Assembly: GCA_964016885.1 (NCBI GenBank)
Contig: OZ024749.1
Span: forward strand, 23,312,001-23,376,000
Length of the DNA stretch: 64,000 nucleotides
DNA from: Eledone cirrhosa
Taxonomy: Eukaryota
Direction: 5' to 3'
Within the stretch, counting starts at the first letter, position 1. Each line of letters starts with the position of its first letter. The position numbers and the translations under genes were made by a program. The notes under the pieces were generated by a model. The model was not told where the DNA came from, ran no database searches, and saw only the letters and a program-made list of their open reading frames with translations. Positions 25,232-36,852 of this stretch are shown here, in pieces.

Positions 25232-27975
25232 GTATGTACGTGAGAGTGTATAACCACATGACCCCTAAAACAATTTATAAATATACCTTTCGCGTGTAAG
25301 TAATTAGGCACTTTGAAATATAGGCATTACAATATATCCCAAGTGTAACTTGTGGACGGTGATGAAGTATAGTTAATAGCTGTCTACCCTCCTTAATCTT
25401 GTACCAAAATTAATGTTAAATTAATTAAAATGATAACTGTACCGTGAGAAAAAGTCATTAGTGCTAATGAAAATTGATATCAAATGTGACAAGGGAGATA
25501 ACAATTTCCTCCACATAACATATCTCCATTTTGATTTTTGATAATTGAAATTTTGGTAGTTTACTCCCTTGTCCATTTGTCGCTAATTGTCATTGTCGCT
25601 AATGGATTTTCTTCTCATTAACCTTATTGACTAAATTGACTTATTTCATTTGACTACAATTATTAGACTTGTCTCATGATGGCCGTGATTGTAGCAACAC
25701 GATGAACGGCTTGTCACAATGGCGGCGACACGTACTATAACATCATATAAACACGCCGTAAATTATTTTTAAACACGAAAGTAACATTGAATGAAAAATG
25801 TCAAAAACAAAGAAAAAAAAAGAGATAACTCGTGTTGAGCTTCAAGCTTTACCACTAAAAAATCTGGGAAATATTAATTTAAATCGAAAAACATAAAAAC
25901 ATAGAATCTCCATAAACAACAACAGCTGCAACAATATCATCGAGTTTTTGCAAACATTTTGAGTTGAAAGAAGTAAGAGTTAAACAATGGGGAATGGAGG
26001 AGGAATGTCGAGAATGTTAGTCCTTCCTTTCACGAGGAATTTACAAAAGAAAGGGTTTTATTCGTGTTGACAAATATGTGTTTTAACAATTTGTGACCCA
26101 CTAACGTGCATCAGCATGATTGCTCTGTCTGGTGATGCAGAACATATAGACTAATAATGGAGTAAATCGATTGGATAAGCTGGTTTACACAACACCCACC
26201 CACAGTGAGGTTCCGGATTAATAGATATTAGTGATATTAGTTTTTATTAGTAGATATAAGTAGATATTAGTAGATATTAGTGGATTTCAGGACTAGTAGA
26301 TATTGCTTCGCACGATAATCTTTGGCTGCCATGACTAGCAACTCAAATGTTTACGTAGATTATCTCGTGAAGGTGAAACGACGTAGCTAAATGTTGGATA
26401 CTACAGCAGATCTTTTAAAACATATGTATCTTGAAAGCAGAGTTGTGTAACAACAACGTCTTAGTATAATTCGCGATGTCCTCTACAAAAGTAGAGCTTT
26501 ATATCGACTACAACAACAGAGATTATAATTAGATGTACTTTATATCACCTTTCTTCTGAAATAGAAGATCTACCATTTAAAAAACAACCATTTTGTTTAC
26601 CACCAGTGGTCTACATGTTGGTATATATGTCACTAAGTAGAGCCCTCGAATGTGGTATAACAACAGCGATAAAAATAACAGCAACTACAACAACAACAAG
26701 GGCACCAAAGAAATACATGAAGTTGACGAAACACAAGAGTACCCAAAACAAAACCAATGCTAACTGCTCTGTTCTGTAATATCCACAATTATCAATGACC
26801 TGGAATAACGAGAGAATGGTCAGTAAATTACTTCTACTAACTACGAGAACAAAACGAAAATATCACCATTTCTATATCCTTTCACACAAGGATTATTAAA
26901 AAATAATTGTTTCTACTTTTGGCACAAGGCCAGCCATAAGCCAGTGTATTACTGGTACTTTATTAAAAAATAATATAGAAAGAATGTTGATATGAAGCAC
27001 GATGTGCTCATGCGCAGAGATGCTATAAAATAGCTTATAAAATAGAGTGAAAGGCCCGCAAAACGAAAAAAAAAGATGTCGCCATTAGTCACTTCTGTTT
27101 TCATGTGCGGAGATATTATAATATGGCTTACAAGATAGAGTGAAGACTCTCTATTGAGAGTCTTCACTCTTCTACGGAAAAGAGATGTCGCCAGAGGCCA
27201 CTACAGTGCTCTTGCGTGGAGATGCTATAACATAGCTTATGTAATACTTGGGAGGCCCCCTCAACCTACTATGGCAAATTTATAAGCTTATTTCATCGCA
27301 CCCCAGCACACGAATACAGAAGCGATCGATGGCCGCTTTCTTTTTCCATTTTACTTTGTTCTTGGTAGAGCAGGTTGCCACTTTATTTTATGAGCTATTT
27401 TGCAGCATCTCAAGGCATGTGTAAATGAGCACACCCTTTTTTTTTATATTAACCTTATATTGTCAGTATTTCATTAAACTCCGAGAGATTGACTACTTAT
27501 GTTCTTCATAGAAAGAATAATTAAAACTGAACAATATAATAAATAGATACCTGAAATGAATGAAATGAATAGATTCAAAGCAAATATCTCGGGCTATATT
27601 TATAAGTTATTAGGATTAAATAAAGATTATATTAGATTCTACTTCTTCCCTAAGTATGTGAAAAATGAGATGTACAAGAAGACCTGCAATACTTAAATCA
27701 ATTCATTCATTTAGATAGCAGTCTTTTTATATCCTCACATTGAGAAAAAAAATATATTATAGCATATGCACATTTAGGAGCTCAACTAACGAATCTTTTT
27801 CATGTTCACCACTCTCATATATATATATATATATATGTGTATGTGTGTGTGTGTGTGTATGTATATAGATGCATATGTATATATATAGATGTATATGTGT
27901 ATATATATATATGTATATATATATGTATGTGTGTGTGTATGTATGTATATAGATGCATATGCATATATATAGTTG

Positions 27976-28007
<32 letters not shown>

Positions 28008-28199
28008 CATACGTTTATCTCTCACTCTCTCTTCTCTCTCTATCTCTCTCCCCCTCACACTCCCCTATCTATCTTTCCGTTTATCTCTCATTCTTCATCC
28101 TTATTAGGACCCCCCCCCCCCTCACGCCTCTACCTTGCTTTGAAAACAGATTCTTTCTCTTTCAGGTTTTTTCCTTCTTAATGTAATGTTTTATGTGAT

Positions 28200-28395
28200 C
28201 GCTGTTGTTGTTATTATTGTTGTTGTTATTGATTTTTTTGTTGCGGTCGTTGTTGTTGGTGTTGTCACCGTTGTTGTCGCCGTTGTTTTTGTTGTTGTTG
28301 CCATCGTTGTTGTTGTTGTCATCGTTGATGTTGTTGTTGTTATTGTTGTTTTTGTCGTTGTTGTTGTTGTTGTTGTTGTTATTGTGTTCGTCGTC

Positions 28396-28427
<32 letters not shown>

Positions 28428-29056
28428 ATTTGATGAGAATGTTTAACTCATTTGTTCATTCATCCACTTATTCATTAGTTAAGAAGTTTTACAGCTTCGA
28501 TAATGATAATAGAACAATTACAACAGCAGCAGCAACACCAACACCAACAGCAACAACAAGAAAAACAGCAGCAAAAACAACAACAACAGTAACAGCAACA
28601 GCGAAAACAACAACAACAGCAACAACAACGGCAACAACAAACACAAAACAACTACAACAACAACAACAAAAACAACAACAACGACAACAACAGCAGCATC
28701 AACAACATCAACAACAACAACAACAGTAGCAGCAATAATAGCAGTAACAACAATAACAACAATAACAACAATAACCTGAACAGTAGCAGTGACGAGGCAA
28801 CACATCAGTAACAACAACAACATTAGCAGCAGTAACAGTAACAGCAACAACAACAACAGTAGCAGAAAAACAGCAACAGCAACAACAACAACAATAGCAA
28901 CAGTGGCAGAAAAACAGCAGAAACAACAACAACAACAACAACAACAGCAACAACGACAACAACAACGAACAGCAACAGCAACATAAACAGCAACAACAAC
29001 AATATTAGCAGCAATAACAACATTAACAACAACAACAGTAGGAGAAAAACAGCAGC

Positions 29057-29090
<34 letters not shown>

Positions 29091-29470
29091 GCAACAACAA
29101 CAACAACAGTAGCAGGAACAACAACAGCAGCACAAGTTGCAGCAACACTGGTGATTATTTCTAAAGGAAAACAGCAGCAACAACAACAAAAACAACAACA
29201 ACAACAACAGCAACAACATAACCAACAACAACAGCTGAGACAGCAACCACAACAGCAGCAACATAGCAGCGGCAGCCGCAGCAGCAGCCGCAGTAGTAGC
29301 AATAGTTGCGGCTACAACAGCTGTAATTCTCATAATAAGTTCTAATGGAAGAGAGAGAACAACAATAACAACAACAGCAACAGTAGCAACAGCGAAAGCA
29401 GCAGCACCAACAGCAACAGCAGCAAGAATATCAACAACAACAGCAGCAACCACAAAAACGACAAGACCAA
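28200..29470. repeat. (GTT)n tract followed by oppositely oriented (CAA/CAG)n tract
   Basis: Direct reading. Confidence 0.93.
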
Positions 29471-29474
29471 CATC

Positions 29475-31817
29475 ACGGACATTGGACAAGTGCGTGCAGA
29501 ACGGTTTCGTCGTTCTGTGCGCATCTTGGGCAGGTCCGTCTGACAGCACTTCCGTGCCTGTAGAGTTTATCCCGAACCGGCAGTGCCTCCCTGTAGCACT
29601 GCCAAGCGAGGGATTTCTGGAAATTGTCCATCGTCCCCGGCTCAAAAGTCCTCCGGTACAGACTGGTCAGTTCGACTTCGTCCAGGCCCAAAGCTTCTCC
29701 GAGTGCGTCATTGCACTTGCCCACCACTAATCCTCTATAGAACTCGAGAGTGGAAGTTCCACTGATCGCATTGCCCGCTTCGTAGAGGGCAGTGAGTGCC
29801 TGGCAACATTCCAGGTGCCAGTCACCCAGTCTCGGTCTCTTCTTGACCCAGGATTGCAGCTCAGTCAAATAAATGAGCTGCGGAAAGCCCATCTGATAAA
29901 CGGCGACCACACCTGTTCACCGTTGAGGCAGAATATCTGGAGATGTCGCAGCCTCAACGCATGTCTGCTCATCATTAGCGACGGCATGCCCAGCCCTCCG
30001 CGTAGAGGGTGCTGGCAGCAGATGGACCGCCTCACCAACGGAACTTCTCCTCTCCACAATAATTTGAAGAGGAGCCGTTCCAACTTGATGAGGCGCGGAC
30101 GGGGCCAAGGCACGACGGTCAGGCGGTAGTAGATGACGCATGCGATGTAAGCATTCGCCACCTCCGCTCGACTTTTCAGTGATAGCTTCCTCCAAGCCCA
30201 TTTTTGGGTGAGACTGGCTACTCTGCTCGTTACCTTGTCCCAATTCTTTTCCACCTGGAGGTCTGGTCCGAACCAAACCCCAAGCAACTTTACCGGTCCG
30301 TCCGTCCAGCGCCCACGACGCTGTTGGACGGCATGGGTTTACCTCTCCAGGTTCCGAGCTGCAAGCCCACCGACTTTTCCGGCTTAAGTTTGGCTCCTGT
30401 CAACCTTTCATATTCCTTCAATAAGGTGCCGACCACCTCGATTTCTGAGGTGTTCGACACCATCACGGTGATGTCGTACGCATAAGTCGACACCGCCTTT
30501 CCACGTCCCGGTTCAAGAGGAATGGCCTGCTACATTTCCAGCTTCCGCAGTAAAGGCTCGAGAGTCAATACGTACAGAAGGGAGGAGAGAGGGCACCCTT
30601 GACGGACCGATCGGGAGAGCCGAAATGGTTCCGAGAGGTGGCCATTAACCTTGACCACCGAGCGTGTGCCGCTGTGCATTGCAACGATCCAGCTTCTAAA
30701 GACAGGGCCGAAGCCAGCAGCTTTAAGGACAAATTCCAGATACCGATGGTCGACCCTATCGAATGCTTTCGATTGATCTAAATTGATCAGTGCCCCACCG
30801 AAGCCAGGTTTACACCCTACCCTCTCTATGACGTATCGCATGAGCTGGAGATTGTCGTGTATGGACCTGGCTCTGGGATTGCGCAAGTTTGCGCCTCCCC
30901 AACCAAATCCTCGACGACAAGCGCCAATCTCTTTGCTAACACCTTGGCCAAAATCTTAAACTCTGTTTTGAGCAGAGTTATGGGCCTGAAGTTGTCTAAT
31001 GTATCCCTCTTGTTCTCGTCTTTCCTTATCAGCGTCACCATTCCCCTGCTCACAGAAGTGGGAATACTCCCATTCTGCTGCCAGTTGCAGTAAAGTGCTT
31101 CGAGGGGTTCGGAGAACAATTCTGGCATATTTACGTAAAGCTCGTAGGGCAGGCCATCCAGACCGGGTGACTTGCGCCTTATGCAGCCGACAAAGGCGTC
31201 CTGAATTTCGGCTGAAATAATCCGCCTTTCGCAACGCTCAGAGTCGACCGTCGAGATGCGCGGCAAGCCATCAAGATAGGGACTGAAATCCGCAACTCTC
31301 TCTGACTCGCCACTCTCCCCGAACAACCGAGCAAAGTGCTGACGAAAGACCTCACACATCCGCTTGGAATCGCTTATCTCGTGTCCGTCTCGGTCCGCCA
31401 AAGACCGAATTGTGGTTTTATTACCACGCTTCGCCTCCGCCACGCGGGCCCATCGAACAGCTTTGGTTTCCTGATTTCTCAGCGCACGCGCCTTAGCTCT
31501 GACAATGCAACTTCGTTTTTCGCATTGAAGAAATGGTCTAATGCCATTCTCGCCGCTAGCACGTCAGTTGCAATGCCACTACAAATAGCCTCGTCTAACT
31601 TATCTACCAGCTCCCCCTCCTTTCTATGTTTCTCTAACGCTAGTTCTTTGCTGAACTCTATCGAAGTTACTCTAATCTCTCTTTTGAGAGCCCCCCCCCC
31701 CATCTATTGTTGATGATCCCTCCTGTCAACTTTTGCTTAACTAAATTGTTGACTCGGTCCCTGCAAGCCTTACGTGCCGGAAATGACATGTTCAGCTTCC
31801 AGTAACCCGGTCTTAAC
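29475..31817 (-). pseudogene. Decayed Tx1-clade ORF2 fragment (distinct family), truncated at both ends
   Basis: Frameshifted pieces PGYWKLN..KSPGLDGLP..NFRPITLL..LDQSKAFDRV..QGCPLS..YAYD (YADD mutated)..CPRC..HALVQCP; 5' junction at (CTA)n 31818-31867. Confidence 0.92.
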
Positions 31818-31868
<51 letters not shown>

Positions 31869-31917
31869 ATAATAATAATAATAATAATAATAATTATAAT
31901 AATAATAATAATAATAA
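31818..31917. repeat. (CTA)n then (TAA)n; left edge of the TAA array
   Basis: Direct reading. Confidence 0.95.
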
Positions 31918-34900
31918 GGGAAGAAGACGCACGAGGTGACGGAGGTCATGAAATCGCTCCCGTAAGTTTTGAATTTTTAACATATTTAAATCATTTGTGA
32001 AATAACAACTCTTAGTACAAATGCTACGTAAAGCACCCGGCTTGAGCCCCAAAAAATTCGGACCCAAAATATATTGTTATAAGGCTCAAATATTCAAATA
32101 TTCAACTTTGTATTGTACACTGTATATCCAAAAAAAAATGGCTATAAATGGAAGAAGAAGAACCCCCCCCCTCCTCTCCTCTGGCTACACTATATAGGAC
32201 AGCTAAACTCACCAACACCAGAAACTAGATACACCGCCCACCCCATCATCTGTGTACACTAAACACAACAGCATTTTCACCTTCACCGCCACCGCTCACT
32301 ACGGCCATCATTACCACCACTATCCCATCACCGCCGCCACCACCCCTTGACTCCTTCACTGCTGCTGCCACCGCTACAGCACCATCACTACAGTAATACG
32401 GCTCAAATATTCAAATATTCAACTTTGTATTGTACACTGTATATCCAAAAGAAAAAAAAAAAATAAATAAAATAAAATGGCTATAAATGGAAGAAGAAGA
32501 ACCCCCCCCTCCTCTCCTCTGGCTACACTATATAGGACAGCGAAACTCACCAACACCAGAAACCAGATACACCACCCACCCCATCATCTGTGTACACTAA
32601 ACACAACAGCATTTTCACCTTCACCGCCACCGCTCACTACGGCCATCATTACCACCACTATCCCATCACCGCCGCCACCACCCCCTGACTCCTTCACTGC
32701 TGCTGCCACCGCTACAGCACCATCACTACAGTAATACGGTCGCATCACCGCCACCACTGCCTCGGTATCGACATCACCGCCACCACTGTCTCAGTATCGC
32801 CAACGCCGCTAGTCTCTGCTGGCTACCACTTCCACATTATAGAATTCCTACTACCAACAAAGAGGAAGGCATCAAAATATATAGATAGACTCAAAAGAAA
32901 AAAGAAAAAACAAACAACAAAAGCAGCACAGCAACAACAGTAAAAAACGAGAAAAACAGAGAAAAACAAAAACAAAAAAAGAAACCCCAAAAACGTAAAG
33001 AAAATAAGAATGAAGAGAGAAGCAGGCGGACGGACAGAGAAGAGGGGGGAAAAAGTAAAACTTAAAAAACAAAAACTAAGTCAGACATTCGAATACTACA
33101 TTACAATGAAACTTATGCTTATTCATTTTTGGGGCCCTTTCTGCCCGTGTGTTTGTTTGTTTATGTGTGTCCGTATACAGCGTGGTGATAATGCCACACA
33201 AGGGCCAAGTGGGATGGCGGATCCACAGATGGCTATGTAAACATACATTCGCCAATCCTCGATAAGAGTGTTTAAATATCGAACATAAACAGTTCGAATA
33301 ACGGTGAAATGGAGACTAGAACGTCATGTGACAGACTCTCACCCAACAGGTGCCCCCTGGCTCAGCAGCAGGAACCTGACTGTCAACGAAATACTGCTGA
33401 TGTTTGAGGAAGAAGAAGAAGGAAAGGGGCCAGAACCAACTGGACGAAAGAATTGAATAGAACTGTTATGCAATGCTACCTGAAAAGTAACCCCAAGGAG
33501 AGGGGCTACAGGAGACGGATGCATAACATCTGGAACGAGATTGGTTTATTTAAATTAGATGAACAAAAATTGGCCGGGCAGGCTCGGGTAATAAGAACTA
33601 ATGGGTGGATAAGCGAGCTGGAACTGGAGGAACTGAGCAGAGAGAATGGCTTGGAGATGGCGGGTGTAGTATGCCAGACAAGCGAGCCGGCGGGAAATGA
33701 AGGTGAGGAGGTCCTGAGAGCGGAGGAACCACCCGAAGCAGACAATGATCTGAATACTGAGATAAATAATACCTGGAACAGAGATACGGCCACTGAGGAG
33801 ATGAATGCTGACGGGCTAGGACAAGATTCGATTGACATCCTAAATTTAGTGGTAGATGAGTTGAACAATGATAGTGGGAGACCTATGAACCTAAGATTTG
33901 TAGACAGGAAAAAGTTAAAAGAAACAACAGCTAAGGTAAACAAAGTCATCCCATACCTTGAGGCGAGGAGTCTTCACCAGTGCAACAATATCCTCAAAGC
34001 AACAGCAAATACGGTGAGGAAACTACTTGGTATAAAAGCGAGAGGAAACAACAGACAAGAAAGAGCAGAGCCGTGGTGGAAGAAGCGACTGAGTGGGCAA
34101 ATCGGGGAAATGAGAAATGACATAGCAAAGCTTGAGTCACTACTGAATGGGACACTAAAAAACATAGGCACTAAAAATAGACTGGAAATAAAATACAAAA
34201 CTAGGAGTAAAAAGCTAAATATTATCATAGAGGAATTGAAGCAACGCATTGTAGCAAAGAGTGCCAAAATCAGGCGATACGAGAACAGAGTCAGTCAGTA
34301 TAAACAGAACCGCATGTTCGACAACAACCAGAAGATGCTGTTTGGACAGCTTGAGGGGAAAGAAAGAGGCACCGACTTGATCCCTGGGGCGGAACAAGCT
34401 AAAACATTCTGGAGAGGAATATGGGAGCAGGATGTTAGACACAATGCCCAGGCAGGGTGGATTGAGACAGTACAGAGGGAGATCGGTGAGCAGGCACAGC
34501 AACAGACTGATTTGAGTATCACAGTTGAAACTCTTAAGGGGCAAGCCGAAAAACTAACCAACTGGACATCACCAGGCCCAGATGGTGTGCAGGGGTATTG
34601 GATTAAACATGTAACATCCCTCCACCCGAAGCTGACGGCCATGTTCAATGACTGCTTGGTGTCGGGTGAGGTGCCAGAGTGGTTGACAAAAGGTACCACA
34701 GTTCTGATAATGAAAGACCGAATCAAGGGTAATGATGTTACCAACTATAGACCTATCACATGTCTGCCCGTAATGTGGAAACTGTTGACGAGCATTGTGT
34801 CTGAGGAAATCTACCATCACCTCCACACAAACAACTTGTTGCCGGACGAACAGAAAGGATGCCGAAAGAAGTCACGTGGTACAAAGGACCAGTTGCTTAT

Positions 34901-36775
34901 TGATAAGATGGTAATGGGGAATTGCAGGAGGAGACACACTGATCTTGCCATGGGATGGATAGACTACAGAAAGGCATTTGACATGGTGCCTCATTCCTGG
35001 ATCACCAAAAGCCTGGAGATCTTCAGGGTGGCAGATAACATCAGACAGTTGCTGGGCAGGAGTATGGGGTCCTGGGAGACAGAGTTGACATCAACTGGAG
35101 TATCCTTGGGAAGCGTGAAGATCAAGAGAGGTATCTTCCAGGGAGGTAGCCTGTCCCCTCTGTTGTTTGTCCTTGCCCTGATGCCCTTGACCATTATGCT
35201 GCGAAAAGTGAGAGCAGGATACAAGTTGGGAAGGGGAGAGCTTACCATCAATCACCTCCTCTTCATGGACGATCTTAAGCTCTTCGGGAAAAGTGAGAAG
35301 GAGTTGGATGTGCTTGTTGACACTGTCCGTATTTTCAGCAGTGATATATGTATGCAGTTTGGTATTGGTAAATGTGGAGTCATTGTGATGAGGAGGGGTA
35401 GGTTGAGCAGAAGTAACGGGATCCAGATACCAACAGGTGAGATGATAAAGGAAATTGACTCTGAGGAAGGATACAAGTATTTGGGCGTTCTGGAGGCTGA
35501 TGGCATAAAGAACAAAAAAATGAAGGAATTGTTAAGAACTGAATACATTCGGAGAGTAAGGAGCGTATTGAAGTCACATCTGAACAGCAGAAATGCCATA
35601 AGCGCAGTAAATTCCCGAGCTGTGTCTATTATTAGGTACAGTGCGGGAATTCTGAGATGGAATGTTGCTGAACAAAAAGAAATGGATAGGAAGACTAGGA
35701 AGCTATTGACTATCTACAACATGTTCCACAAGAGGAGTGATGTCGATAGACTCTACCTAAGGAGATCTGAGGGTGGAAGAGGTCTTATCAGCATAGAGGA
35801 CTGTGTTCAGATGGAGAAAAACAACCTATACAAATACGTGACCTATAGTAAGGAGCCAATGCTCAGAGCTGTACTGAAGGAGGGGACAGTAGGCCAGGGG
35901 ATACCCAAGGAGGAAATAACATCAAGGAGGAAGAGCAGCCTTAAGGGAAAATCCCTTCATAGTACCTTCTTTGAGAAAACTGAATTTAGAGATCCACAGA
36001 CATGGAACTGGTTGAGAAGAGGAGACCTCAAAAAGGCTACAGAAGGAATGCTAATGGCTGCGAAGGAGCAGGCCCTCAAAACGAAGTGGTTGAAGCACCA
36101 TATCTACAAGGAGGAGGCTAGCCCACTGTGCAGGATCTGTGGAGAGAGAGAGGAGACTGTGGCTCACATTGTGTCCGAGTGTAAACACCTAGCCCAGACC
36201 CACTATAAGGGCTGGAGACACGATGTGATGGGCAGGGTGATCCACTGGCACCTGTGCAAAGTAAACAATCTACCACATTCTGAGAAATGGTATGAGCATA
36301 GGCCAGAGGCGGTGATGGAGAACAGTCAGGTGAAGGTGCTGTGGGATTTTAGGATACAGACGGACAAAAAACTGGAACACAATAGACCTGACCTGGTGGT
36401 TGTGGACAAAGAAAAAAGATCGTGCCTGATTGTGGATGTGGCCTGCCCGTTCGACACGAGAGTGCAAGAGAAGGAGAGGGAGAAAATTAACCGATACCAG
36501 GACCTAAAGTGGGAGGTGAAAAGGATTTGGAACTGCCATGAAGTCAAAGTGATCCCGATTGTCATAGGCGCACTGGGGACTATCTCCAAAGGTTTCCAGG
36601 AATGGTTAAAGAAAATCGGCCCCTTCACGCTTTTTGGAACGCTTCAAAAGGCATGCTTGCTTGGAACGGCAAGAACCCTCCGATACGTCCTGAATATCTG
36701 AGGCTGCAGGTAGTGGCTTGATATTCAATCCAACGGACTTTCCAGTTAACCAACATCAATGACTGAGATTCAAGG
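31918..36775 (+). mobile_element. Full-length R4/Dong-clade RLE LINE (family a, copy 1) in (TAA)n
   Basis: TAA tracts on both sides; ~1.4-kb 5' UTR, single ORF, short 3' UTR ending GAGATTCAAGG then (AAT)n. Confidence 0.95.
33309..36701 (+). CDS. R4/Dong polyprotein: Myb-like N-terminus, RT, CCHC knuckle, PD-(D/E)xK restriction-like endonuclease; premature TGA at 33405
   Basis: WTKELNRTVMQCY..RGYRRRMH; NYRPITCL; WIDYRKAFD; LFMDDLKL; YKYLG; CRIC..ETVAH...C; RHD; RPDLVVVD..DVACP..K..KINRY. ATG 33309 is in frame with the 1082-aa ORF. Confidence 0.93.
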
Positions 36776-36812
36776 AATAACAATAACAATAATAATAATA
36801 ATAATCATAATC

Positions 36813-36852
<40 letters not shown>

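Noticed and set aside
31918-32080. HDV-like ribozyme at the R4/Dong 5' end, as expected from R2-type elements
   Set aside because: No P1 partner or CC/GG P1.1 found by eye
33506-36628. Antisense ORFs over R4 and Tx1 coding regions
   Set aside because: Shadow frames of real ORFs; repeated only because the elements are repeated
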